From positions 1 through 40,743 of the IMG/VR virus record IMGVR_UViG_3300037634_004613: a DNA stretch of 40,743 nt; one strand, given 5' to 3'. Below the pieces are notes generated by a model. That model was given only the letters and a program-made list of their open reading frames with translations. It searched no databases and was not told where the DNA came from. Origin of the DNA: a virus. Lineage: Duplodnaviria; Caudoviricetes. Below are positions 17,968-27,444 of this stretch, one piece after another; position 1 is the stretch's first letter; every line of letters starts with the position of its first letter. The translations under genes were made by a program, and so were the position numbers.

Positions 17968-18400
17968 CTAACAATCCTATATAATCAGAACATACTCCAT
18001 ATACATTTGTTGGTTGCCAATTTTCTATATCCTTTTTTGACAACAATGGTATGATACAATTTTCATCAACGTTATTTATATCATGAGCCCAAATTAATTT
18101 ATTACTTATAATAGTATATGATTCTTTTTCATGGTAAAATAATCTTAAATCTTCTTTAAGCAGATGAGTTAAAGCTTCAAAATTTTTACAATGTATCCAC
18201 AACTTATCTGTGTTTGATAATAAAAAACCTATCGATGTTTTATATTGTGGTTCATCATGACCTAACCAAAGTCCATCTTTATACCATACATCTATTTCAA
18301 CATCATAACCCAAATGTATAGCATTTCTTATATAATCGGGATCATTTTCCAATTTTGGAATACGACCACCTGTATTTCCTCTATGAGATATTAATTTCAT
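17960..18400 (-). CDS. Glycerophosphodiester phosphodiesterase/PLC-like TIM-barrel protein
   Basis: ISHRGN, EN, GYDVEIDV, LGHD, WIHCKN, GVCSDY. Confidence 0.8.
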   Translation of the reverse strand: MKLISHRGNTGGRIPKLENDPDYIRNAIHLGYDVEIDVWYKDGLWLGHDEPQYKTSIGFLLSNTDKLWIHCKNFEALTHLLKEDLRLFYHEKESYTIISNKLIWAHDINNVDENCIIPLLSKKDIENWQPTNVYGVCSDYIGLLDD

Positions 18401-18741
18401 AATTCTTCAATCCTTTTTGCTTTATCATCGATTAACAAATCAAAATGCGGTTTTGGATTAATACACGTACCAGTTACTAAATCATGAAACTTGCAACCCC
18501 ATGCCTTTAATTGTTGCAATGTATGATCCTTATAATCTTTTTTTGTCATTGACCCGCGCGCGGTCCAGTATATAATTTTCCAACCTTGGTCATATAACTC
18601 ATTAACTTTGGCTATATTATCCATATTAGGTTCTGATAGGTCATATCGTCTTTTACCAGAGTAAAAACATATAGTTTCGTCTATATCCACTAATGCTGTT
18701 TTTTGACCTTTTGAGTATTTACTTGCTTCGTGAAATTTCAT
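18397..18741 (-). CDS. Capless HAD phosphatase (capsule-biosynthesis phosphatase EcbF/BcbF-like)
   Basis: VDIDETIC, YWTARG, KP...IDDKA. Confidence 0.85.
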   Translation of the reverse strand: MKFHEASKYSKGQKTALVDIDETICFYSGKRRYDLSEPNMDNIAKVNELYDQGWKIIYWTARGSMTKKDYKDHTLQQLKAWGCKFHDLVTGTCINPKPHFDLLIDDKAKRIEEL

Positions 18742-19552
18742 TATATTCCTTCCAGTAATTATAACAACTTAATAAATCTTGGTTTGTCTTTACTTGGTCA
18801 CCAGATAATATTATTTGCCATGCTTTATAGTTTTCTAATTCACTTGGCGTTCCAAATACTGTAACAAAATCAGTATCATATATACCAACCTTTAAATTAT
18901 CTTGTATCAATAAATTATATACCAATGTTACATAATATTCTCCATTAGAATGCTTTATTTCTTTATCTATCGTTTCTTGAAAATATTTTTTTATGTATGA
19001 ACCTTTTCGAAAATAATATGTACCTGTTGATGCATGTTCTGTCCAATGATTATCTGTATATGGCTCTTTTTCTTTAATTTCTATCATTTGATCACCATCC
19101 ATTTTACAGTATGCCATATATGTAGATGCTAATCTATGTGGGTGAAATCCAGTATGAGTTAATACACATCCATCTACTTTAGTTTTATCTACCCATTGTT
19201 TAAACTTATCGTAATCCCATAAATAAGGATTATCGCAATAACATACAATAACTGGCTCATTGTCATCGATTAAATCCATATATGGAATTACCGTAAATAC
19301 TGGACCGCGGTTATGTTCTGGAACTGAAACTACTTTTGATTTTTTATGCAATCTATGTAATCTATCATGCATATCTGTTTCTCTTAAATGACGTTCATTG
19401 CAAATAAAAATAATTTCATCATCTTTATCAAACATATCTACTATCTTACTAATGATATAATCACCATCAACCCATATAAATGGTTTAGGATTTTTATATC
19501 CTTTATCAACAAACCGCTGTCCTAATCCAGCCATTGGTATTATAATTTTCAT
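18719..19552 (-). CDS. Sugar-phosphate nucleotidyltransferase, paralog of 17260..17967
   Basis: IPMAGLGQRF...PKPF, YCD, STGTYYF, GEYYV, FGTPSEL. Confidence 0.85.
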   Translation of the reverse strand: MKIIIPMAGLGQRFVDKGYKNPKPFIWVDGDYIISKIVDMFDKDDEIIFICNERHLRETDMHDRLHRLHKKSKVVSVPEHNRGPVFTVIPYMDLIDDNEPVIVCYCDNPYLWDYDKFKQWVDKTKVDGCVLTHTGFHPHRLASTYMAYCKMDGDQMIEIKEKEPYTDNHWTEHASTGTYYFRKGSYIKKYFQETIDKEIKHSNGEYYVTLVYNLLIQDNLKVGIYDTDFVTVFGTPSELENYKAWQIILSGDQVKTNQDLLSCYNYWKEYNEISRSK

Positions 19553-20952
19553 TTACTTTTCCTTAATTGTTCAAATTCTAATTTTTCAATTTCATTTAAC
19601 TTATCAATTGATAACGTATTTAAATCATATTGTAACTTAATACTATTATAATAAGTTTTCATTTTTACATACCATGGATCATTTGAATCACGAAATATAT
19701 ATTCATCAGGAGTTAAAAACCCTTTTGTCATTTGCGTTGATTTTTGTAATTTAAATGATTTTGCAATTTTAATAACTTCATCATGTAAATTTAATACCTT
19801 ATCATAATCATTGCTATTGATAATAATCCCATGATTTTGTAAAAAGTATATATCATATGTATGAGAGTTAGATCGTATAAATTCGAAAAGTGCTAGACCA
19901 GGTTTTAGTACTGGAACTATACAATAATCGTATTTATTATATAATAAATCAATAGTTGTTTCAAAAGTTTTACTACAGAGTATAGGCATTAATATATCTG
20001 GATGTGTATGTAATACGTATTTTTTTAAAATACTATGCATTCCTGATTCCATTGATGGAACTCCTTTATTTTGTACGGATGCATTTAATATATTAAAATA
20101 TTTTCGTTCATCCAAATCTTTTATAAAAGAAATATAATCTAAAAAATATTCATTATCTAAATTACACCAGCCAGTAAAATAATCTACATTAGATAAACAT
20201 GTACCACTACTCTTAATAAACATATGTGATTTAAATTTTACACTAACATTGCCAGCTGGTCCTTGTACTATATCACTAGAGCTCACAGAATTTGATAACA
20301 AAACTAAGCTTGATATGTGATCAAAATATTCTAATAACTGATCTAAAATATTATCAAATAAATACTTTGACGATTTTTTATCTACAATTAATTTTACTTG
20401 TCCATTAATTTTACTAAATTTTAAAATTAAATCAGCATACTCACGTTGATTCTCTATAAAATGTGAATCAGATTTACGACGATTTATAGATTCTATAACT
20501 TGATTTTCTGTCTTCCCGCGTTGTGTAGTATCACGTGCTATTTTCCATAATTTAGTTAATTCATCATCAGTATCTACATAAATTTTAAAATCAGATATAT
20601 ATTTCATTTTATCACTATAAAATGCATGCAATCCTTCGTTAATGATAAATGGCTTAGGTGTTATCAATTTAGGAGCGTCAAACTCGCCAGTATCATGATT
20701 GTATACAGATCTATATATAGATTTATTATCCTTCAATTGAGAAATATGAAAATCTCCCAATTCAATGTTATTTGCATCTGGATGAAAATGAGTGATAGTA
20801 TTCCAAGCGATATGATTTCGTACATACTTATGCAGATCATCAGTGCTAAATAAAACCGATCTATCAGTACCTATACAATAACGTATTAAGTTAGCTATTG
20901 TAGTTTTACCAACACCTGATTTTCCTGATATACTAATTACAACTGGTTTCAT
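19549..20952 (-). CDS. Fusion: phosphoribulokinase/uridine-kinase-family P-loop kinase plus class II aldolase/epimerase domain
   Basis: SGKSGVGKTT, TDDLHKY, YNHDTGEF, EGLH, WKIARD; C-half GNVSVK, IKSSG, PSMESGMH, VLHTHP, LQNHG. Confidence 0.82.
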   Translation of the reverse strand: MKPVVISISGKSGVGKTTIANLIRYCIGTDRSVLFSTDDLHKYVRNHIAWNTITHFHPDANNIELGDFHISQLKDNKSIYRSVYNHDTGEFDAPKLITPKPFIINEGLHAFYSDKMKYISDFKIYVDTDDELTKLWKIARDTTQRGKTENQVIESINRRKSDSHFIENQREYADLILKFSKINGQVKLIVDKKSSKYLFDNILDQLLEYFDHISSLVLLSNSVSSSDIVQGPAGNVSVKFKSHMFIKSSGTCLSNVDYFTGWCNLDNEYFLDYISFIKDLDERKYFNILNASVQNKGVPSMESGMHSILKKYVLHTHPDILMPILCSKTFETTIDLLYNKYDYCIVPVLKPGLALFEFIRSNSHTYDIYFLQNHGIIINSNDYDKVLNLHDEVIKIAKSFKLQKSTQMTKGFLTPDEYIFRDSNDPWYVKMKTYYNSIKLQYDLNTLSIDKLNEIEKLEFEQLRKSK

Positions 20953-20960
20953 ATAATAAT

Positions 20961-21701
20961 CTATTTACCGCTTTTATGATTATAGACGCCTAATCTAAAA
21001 TCTTGTCTTTCAATCTGAATATTATTATTATTTAATGATTTAAATATATATTGTTCAATTTTATCATATCCTATTTTTTCTCCAGTATCAGCATATGCAT
21101 CCATTGCATTTAGACCTGCAATTGCAAATTGATCACATACAACCATATTATATTCATTTGGTGCCCATCCATGATCACGATAGCTTTTAAAATTATTATT
21201 TTCATCTCCACGTACATATCCCCAACGAGATGGAACAATTATTTTATTAGTATCTAATGTAGTTGGTAGATTTATTTTCTGTGTAAAGAATAACTCTCCT
21301 CTAACTTTTAAAACATATGCATATTCAATATTATTATTTTTTGCATACTCTTTACGAGCATTATTGCAATTTAAAATTTTTCTATACATATTTTTATACC
21401 TAATTGCACCGTCGCATTGAGGACCTTTAGTATTCATTTCTGCCGTAGTCTGTTCTGTTGCTAAATATTTAACATCAGCTACTTCTTTTAACATACTAAA
21501 GTCGTAAACATTAGACATATCAATATCATATCCATTATTGCGACGCGTATCTATAGGCAATGTTCCAGATTCTATATATGTTTCAACAAAAAAATGAAAA
21601 TCAAAGTTATTATGGTCTAATAAATTATTCCAACTTTTAAATACATCATTAAGTGTTCTCATATAACCGGCTAATTGTACAGCTATTAATGGTTTTGTCA
21701 T
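20961..21701 (-). CDS. Putative glycosyltransferase-like protein
   Basis: IAVQLAGYMRT, Y..VLKVRGE, DQFAIAG pattern typical of proteins in phage and giant-virus glycan clusters. Confidence 0.55.
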   Translation of the reverse strand: MTKPLIAVQLAGYMRTLNDVFKSWNNLLDHNNFDFHFFVETYIESGTLPIDTRRNNGYDIDMSNVYDFSMLKEVADVKYLATEQTTAEMNTKGPQCDGAIRYKNMYRKILNCNNARKEYAKNNNIEYAYVLKVRGELFFTQKINLPTTLDTNKIIVPSRWGYVRGDENNNFKSYRDHGWAPNEYNMVVCDQFAIAGLNAMDAYADTGEKIGYDKIEQYIFKSLNNNNIQIERQDFRLGVYNHKSGK

Positions 21702-22495
21702 ATTAAATTCCTTTTTGATGGTCCATGATAATATTCTGGGATATTTCTTGTACTAAATTGTCTAGATTTGTTTAATGAAAATTTATCAATCATTGAGTTA
21801 TATTTATCTAATAATGAATCATTTAAATTATTATTTACCAATGGTAATAATTTTCCACCATGGGTAATATGTATATATTGGAAAAAAGGTAAACAACCAA
21901 AATGACCACAATTAATATATGAATCATGATACAAACAAAATATTCTATATTTTTGACAATACTCCATTACTGAAATAGATTCAATAGTTCTATAATTTAA
22001 AGTTTTAAATTTATTCATGATGTCCATAAATGCGGAAATTTTCCAAATAGATGGATTCACGTTATATATGTATTGATTTATATTTTCTTCTTTTACTAAA
22101 GAAAACACTGAACCGTCTTTGGATATTTCAATTGTTTCAGTATTTGGATTATGTATTATATTTTTATACTGTAAAGTTATTCTATCTAAATTATTTTGTT
22201 TCATATTATCTAATAAATGTTCAATAAGAGTATCATCTCTTTTAACCAAAATATCAATATCATGAATAAACAATGCATAATCTAAATCTAATTTTGTTAT
22301 TTCTAATAACCTACTAGCATATGGCATTGAATCATCATAAAATATTACCTGTTTATATTTTGAATATAATTCAGTTAATTCTTGATCAGAATTATTTATC
22401 AATAAAATCTTATTGTCATATGATTCCAAATAATGTGTTTGTGTAAGCAATACATCTAAAAATTCTGTATGTGAATATACGATATATGTTAACAT
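21698..22495 (-). CDS. GT-A-like glycosyltransferase
   Basis: YASRL, FIHDID (DxD), NVNPSIWK, HITHGGK. Confidence 0.6.
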   Translation of the reverse strand: MLTYIVYSHTEFLDVLLTQTHYLESYDNKILLINNSDQELTELYSKYKQVIFYDDSMPYASRLLEITKLDLDYALFIHDIDILVKRDDTLIEHLLDNMKQNNLDRITLQYKNIIHNPNTETIEISKDGSVFSLVKEENINQYIYNVNPSIWKISAFMDIMNKFKTLNYRTIESISVMEYCQKYRIFCLYHDSYINCGHFGCLPFFQYIHITHGGKLLPLVNNNLNDSLLDKYNSMIDKFSLNKSRQFSTRNIPEYYHGPSKRNLI

Positions 22496-22496
22496 A

Positions 22497-23138
22497 TTAT
22501 TTCTTATTATATCTATACGTTGCTATAACATAATATCTAGGATCAATAACTTCTTTAGAAACTAACTCAAAATTTAAATTATATTTTTCTGTTATTTCTT
22601 TATGTGCTCGAGCTTCGGCTACCGAATATTCATCATGTTTAGTTGCATCATTCATTAAATATGCACCCCAATCATCATAAACTATTAAAGAACCATCGCA
22701 GAGTAAATCGTTTTGAATAACATATTCTAGTACATCTATAGTAGCTGAGTATATGTCACAATCCATATGTAACAATCCTATTTTTTTATTTCCAAATCTA
22801 GGTGTAAGTGAATCATTTAATGTATCACAAAACCAACCTTCTACTAAATTTAAATTTGGTATAGCTGTTATATTTGGGTGTATCGTTCCTCCGCATCCAA
22901 ATTTACCAGTAGGCCATGGTGAATTTTTATCTAACTTTTCTTCTGGTAGTCCGTTAAAAGAATCAAACCCCCAAAATTCAGCATCAATACCATGTTCCAT
23001 ATAAGATCCGTGATAATCTACTAAAGAATGCCCCTGCATTACTCCAAATTCTAAAAAAAGTTTATTCTGTAAAAAATCTTTATTTGTCGATATTAGATTA
23101 TATCTTAATTTCTCTTTTATTTGCGCATTTATATCCAT
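22497..23138 (-). CDS. TylF/MycF/NovP-family O-methyltransferase
   Basis: LEFGV..G.S, GFDSFNGLP, GWF.DTL, LHMDCDIY, VYDDW. Confidence 0.88.
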   Translation of the reverse strand: MDINAQIKEKLRYNLISTNKDFLQNKLFLEFGVMQGHSLVDYHGSYMEHGIDAEFWGFDSFNGLPEEKLDKNSPWPTGKFGCGGTIHPNITAIPNLNLVEGWFCDTLNDSLTPRFGNKKIGLLHMDCDIYSATIDVLEYVIQNDLLCDGSLIVYDDWGAYLMNDATKHDEYSVAEARAHKEITEKYNLNFELVSKEVIDPRYYVIATYRYNKK

Positions 23139-23145
23139 TGTTTCC

Positions 23146-24513
23146 TTATTTATCTAAATCTTTAGCAATTGCCCAAGACCGTCTTGTTTCTACTTGATGA
23201 TGTACATGGCATGTTCCTACCAAAATACATTTTGCTCCTTGTTCTGCCCAACACATTACATTTCCTTCATTGCCGCCCCATTTACCATCTCCACCATTAT
23301 GATGTTGATTGATTATAAACAAATCACCATTTGGTTGTTTCCATTTATGATAAAATTCTTTTGTAAATGCATATAAATGGCCACCTAAATGTTTTCTAAA
23401 TTCATGTCCTACAATTTGTGTTATTTTACCTGTAGGACCTGATGATAATTGTATATCATTTGTTATACCAGATGCTAAAGGACCGTATATAGAATTATCA
23501 CTTTCTTTATCGTTTTCAATATGTTGAATAAGATTATTTATCGTATCATTAAATACAATATCATCGCCAGTTAATATAACTATATCACATCCATTATCAA
23601 TAGCTTGTTTAACTCCTAAACTCCATGCACCTGTTATACCTTTTTCAAATTGATTTTCTATGTACGTATAATGCATATTATCTGTTGATATATCAACAAT
23701 TTCTGAAAAAGATGTTCTTGGTTGAGATTCGTTATCAATAACAAATGTTTCAAAATCATAATCACATGAATTGTAAAAACTTATTACACTTGGTTGAGTA
23801 ACCTCTTTTCCTGCAGGTCTTATATCATCTGATTGATGAAATGCAAATGTATATCCTATCTTTGTATTTTTTTCATAAATTTTATGCACATTATCAAGTC
23901 TATGATGATATCCTCTAGTCTTTCGACCTACATAAGGATCGAATGCACTGCTTGCGTCCATAAAACTATTTTTTTTATTATATTGCCAAAGATCGTGTAT
24001 AAATACATTAGATGCCATTCCACTAGCGAATAAAAACAATTTATGTTCATTTGGTTTAATTTTTGATTTAATTTGGTCTAGAATTTCATCATATTTTAAC
24101 CAAACGTTATTAAATGGTATTTCGATAAATTCATTTACAAATGGTAATACAGCTAACGATTCATTACCTACAAATACAACATGCACTTTTTCAAGTATAT
24201 CAAATATTTCTTTCATACCACGCTCAATACTTAAGTCATGCCAAATATCTGAATTTACCCATTTTTGAGGCCATGCTGTATTATTTGTTCCGTGTTGGTG
24301 TCCCATATAATATGATTGAGGTTTTGATGCTATTTCTACTAATCTTTCTCCTAATTCTTTATAATATTTATTTCCATCACAATTGGCATCCCAAGTACGA
24401 TCTTGCCTAGCACATAGCCATTCTCCATCACCCCATCTTGAAAATGCAAATGGCACCATGTTTAATATATTATCATTCAATTCTTTTAAGAATAATTCAT
24501 CTAGTTGTTTCAT
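23146..24513 (-). CDS. Fusion: GT-D (DUF1792)-like domain plus GT2-like domain
   Basis: FSRWGDGE and D..SAFD (GT-D hallmarks); C-half VIDNES, GAWSLG, TGDDI, GGNE. Confidence 0.7.
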   Translation of the reverse strand: MKQLDELFLKELNDNILNMVPFAFSRWGDGEWLCARQDRTWDANCDGNKYYKELGERLVEIASKPQSYYMGHQHGTNNTAWPQKWVNSDIWHDLSIERGMKEIFDILEKVHVVFVGNESLAVLPFVNEFIEIPFNNVWLKYDEILDQIKSKIKPNEHKLFLFASGMASNVFIHDLWQYNKKNSFMDASSAFDPYVGRKTRGYHHRLDNVHKIYEKNTKIGYTFAFHQSDDIRPAGKEVTQPSVISFYNSCDYDFETFVIDNESQPRTSFSEIVDISTDNMHYTYIENQFEKGITGAWSLGVKQAIDNGCDIVILTGDDIVFNDTINNLIQHIENDKESDNSIYGPLASGITNDIQLSSGPTGKITQIVGHEFRKHLGGHLYAFTKEFYHKWKQPNGDLFIINQHHNGGDGKWGGNEGNVMCWAEQGAKCILVGTCHVHHQVETRRSWAIAKDLDK

Positions 24514-24515
24514 AA

Positions 24516-24659
24516 TTAATTACTTACCATTTTTAAATACAATTTTTTTCCATCTTTACAAACTACAAATGCATTTGGGTATGGATCCTGTAGAGATCGT
24601 ATTTTATTATATAATTCTTCTGCAGTAAATTCTTCAAAATCTTTTACATTTATTACACT
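24516..24659 (-). pseudogene. Start-less remnant of a formyltransferase C-terminal domain (Fmt/ArnA-type)
   Basis: Hand translation SVINVKDFEEFTAEELYNKIRSLQDPYPNAFVVCKDGKKLYLKMVSN*. It follows the TAA of 24660..25667 in frame; the only in-frame ATG is four codons before the stop. Confidence 0.7.
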
Positions 24660-25667
24660 TTATTTATTATTCATATATTCAATTACTTCATTAATTGATT
24701 CTTCTAGCGATATTTTATGTTCAAATCCTAATATATCTTTTGCTTTACTAGTATCAGGTATTCTTTTTTGTACATCATATTGATAAGGGTTATCAGATAT
24801 ATATTCAAATGATAAATCCGGATTCAATTTTTTCCAAATAATTTCTGCTAGTTCTAATACCGATGTTGCAACATTTGTAGAAATATTGAAATCTGTATTT
24901 ACTGCCTTTTCACTTTCCATACACATTCTAATACCCCTTGCTAAATCTTTTCCATTGGTATAACATCTAACTTGATTACCTTCGCCTAATATATGTAACG
25001 GATTTTGTCCTTTAAGAATTTTATTAATTAAATCTGGCAATACATGTGACATCATTAATTTTATGTTACCACTTGTAACTTCATGTTCATGAATTGAATC
25101 TTCTTCGCCAATGCCAACACAATTAAATGGGCGAATAATTGTATATGGTAACCCATACTGTTCATGAGCTCCTTTAGCAAAATACTCAACTGCTAATTTT
25201 TGAAAACCATATGTAGACGCGGGAGGTGCACATTTTTTTGTTTCTATTTCTGGTGTTGGATATACATCCGTTTCTTCAAATACCATTGAACTTGACAATA
25301 CACATATACGTTCTAAATAACCAGATTTATATCCTTTAATTGCCGAATCAAATGTTTGAGCTATAATTCGTTCATTTGCAGCTAGCAAATCATATGCAAA
25401 CTTATGAAAATAACTAATACCTCCGATCATTGCAGCGCCGGCAATAATCATATTTGGTTTTTCAGTTTGAACTACTTGATCAAATTTATTATCTAAAACA
25501 TCTAATTCATAAAATATAAAATTTTTATGAACATCATGTGGTCTTGATAATTTTCCATATTTTGAATAATTATCAATTCCAATAACTTTATATCCATTGT
25601 TTAATAATTCGTTACATATATAACTTCCAATAAATCCTTGACTGCCTGTTACTAATATTTTTTTCAT
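24660..25667 (-). CDS. NAD-dependent epimerase/dehydratase (UDP-glucuronate decarboxylase/ArnA-like SDR)
   Basis: GSQGFIG, AAMIGGI, SSSMVFE, YGFQK, RPFNCVG, GNQVRCY. Confidence 0.88.
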   Translation of the reverse strand: MKKILVTGSQGFIGSYICNELLNNGYKVIGIDNYSKYGKLSRPHDVHKNFIFYELDVLDNKFDQVVQTEKPNMIIAGAAMIGGISYFHKFAYDLLAANERIIAQTFDSAIKGYKSGYLERICVLSSSMVFEETDVYPTPEIETKKCAPPASTYGFQKLAVEYFAKGAHEQYGLPYTIIRPFNCVGIGEEDSIHEHEVTSGNIKLMMSHVLPDLINKILKGQNPLHILGEGNQVRCYTNGKDLARGIRMCMESEKAVNTDFNISTNVATSVLELAEIIWKKLNPDLSFEYISDNPYQYDVQKRIPDTSKAKDILGFEHKISLEESINEVIEYMNNK

Positions 25668-26458
25668 TTTCGCATTCCATTAAATACTGTTGTTTCGTAT
25701 TTTTTATTTTCTGATAAAATTATATCAAAAAAATCTATATTTAAATTTAATTGTTTTACTAATGATGCAATTGCAGAAGTATCTTTTGGTAAACACATAC
25801 CACCAAAGCCTCTCAAGTTTTCATTACAGTCTAAATACTTATCTAAAATATTTTCTCTATTAATAATAGCATCTTTTATATTACTATAATTAACATCTGA
25901 CGCTTTGCATACTTCATAGAAACTATTTGCAAATGTTATCAATACTGCATTGTAAATGTTATTAAAATATTTACAAAATTCAGCTTCTGTTTCTGAAACT
26001 TGAATTATCTTTTTTGGATATTTTCCATGAGATTTTTTAATTAATTCAAATACCATTTTATTATCTGTACCTATAACCAATAAGTCATGATTTTCACAAA
26101 AATCTGGGATCGCACATCTTTCCCTTAAAAATTCTGGAACAAAGCAAATATTTGAATTTTTAAATTTTTCTTTGATATTTTTTGTCGTACCTGGAACTAC
26201 TGTCGATTTAATTGCAATTACACCTTGATAATTATTATGATATAATTCTTCAATAACTTCTTCAACTATAGAAACATCACATTTACCATTATTCCCAATT
26301 GGCGTTGGCACGCAGATGTAACATATTTCAGTATCTAATACATTTTTTAAATTTGTATTATATTTTATATCATGAAATTTAACTATATGTCCTAATGCTT
26401 CAAATCCAAATTTAATAGCACTTCCAACGACTCCTATACCTATTATTCCTATTTTCAT
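25664..26458 (-). CDS. UDP-glucose/GDP-mannose dehydrogenase family (lacks C-terminal UDP-binding domain)
   Basis: GIGVVG, ICVPTP, IKSTVVPGT, PEFLRE, AEFCKYFNN, GFGGMCLPKD. Confidence 0.9.
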   Translation of the reverse strand: MKIGIIGIGVVGSAIKFGFEALGHIVKFHDIKYNTNLKNVLDTEICYICVPTPIGNNGKCDVSIVEEVIEELYHNNYQGVIAIKSTVVPGTTKNIKEKFKNSNICFVPEFLRERCAIPDFCENHDLLVIGTDNKMVFELIKKSHGKYPKKIIQVSETEAEFCKYFNNIYNAVLITFANSFYEVCKASDVNYSNIKDAIINRENILDKYLDCNENLRGFGGMCLPKDTSAIASLVKQLNLNIDFFDIILSENKKYETTVFNGMRK

Positions 26459-27444
26459 TTTTTCAATTCCTTTATTTGTCGCCTGACTGTATCAAAACTA
26501 TACAATTCATTTACTTTATTAAATGCATGTTGCATTATTTCAACTCTTTTGTTTTGATTAGAAATAATATTTTCAATAACATTTTCTAATTGAGATAAAT
26601 TATTTGTCGCTAATTCAGGAAATAAATACTTATGACTATTATTTAATCCACCTACATTAATAACTCCAGCTGCTGCGACCTGTATAGCCTGAGATCCTGG
26701 AAACCATTCTATAGGATCTAAATTAAAGTGAAAGGTAGATTGTGACCATATGTTATATAAATCTCCTAACACTGGAACATATTGATCTCCTTTATAATAA
26801 CATGGTATATTAAATTTATTACTAATATGTTTTGTAAATTCTAATGTATTAGCACGTCTACCATGTGTAGGAGTAGTATACATAAATATACTATCACGTT
26901 TTTCAGTTTTATAATAATTTTTATAAATATAATCAACATCAACTGCAAAAGGTATATAAGATACTTTTCTTTTACAGTCATTAATTAAATGAGTTAAAGG
27001 TGATTTTTTTAATTCTGGAAATGGTTGAACTACTGCATCACATTGATTTAAAAATTTTATACGATTTTTATGTTTTTCACTTTGAAATGCCGGAGAGTAT
27101 CCTGCTGATCCTACATTTCCTAAAAATATTTCTTTTATCATTCCAATGATAAAGGCATTTGGATATTTTTTTCTTAGTTTATCAACAGTATAAGTATTAA
27201 AATCTTTTTCTATTGCAACTATAATAGTTTCTAAATCATAGTCAGGTAAATGATCACCCCATTCCTTCCAATTTAAAAAACATCCATCAAAAATAAATGG
27301 ATATGACCACATCCCAATCATAGATTTCATAGAAAGTGAATTATGATTAACAGTTAATTCATTATTTTTATATGAATAAGATTGTTTATCTTTTATGTAA
27401 TAAGATTCAACACCACAATTATCAACTATAAATGCAAACTTCAT
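26455..27444 (-). CDS. GT-B-like glycosyltransferase
   Basis: IPFAVD, FHFNLDP..FPGSQAIQVAAAG, C-terminal helix HAFNKVNELYSF. Confidence 0.6.
   Translation of the reverse strand: MKFAFIVDNCGVESYYIKDKQSYSYKNNELTVNHNSLSMKSMIGMWSYPFIFDGCFLNWKEWGDHLPDYDLETIIVAIEKDFNTYTVDKLRKKYPNAFIIGMIKEIFLGNVGSAGYSPAFQSEKHKNRIKFLNQCDAVVQPFPELKKSPLTHLINDCKRKVSYIPFAVDVDYIYKNYYKTEKRDSIFMYTTPTHGRRANTLEFTKHISNKFNIPCYYKGDQYVPVLGDLYNIWSQSTFHFNLDPIEWFPGSQAIQVAAAGVINVGGLNNSHKYLFPELATNNLSQLENVIENIISNQNKRVEIMQHAFNKVNELYSFDTVRRQIKELKK

Noticed and set aside
19549-20952. Phosphoribulokinase as a carbon-fixation auxiliary gene
   Set aside because: It is fused to a class II aldolase and embedded in a nucleotide-sugar operon with no Calvin-cycle context.
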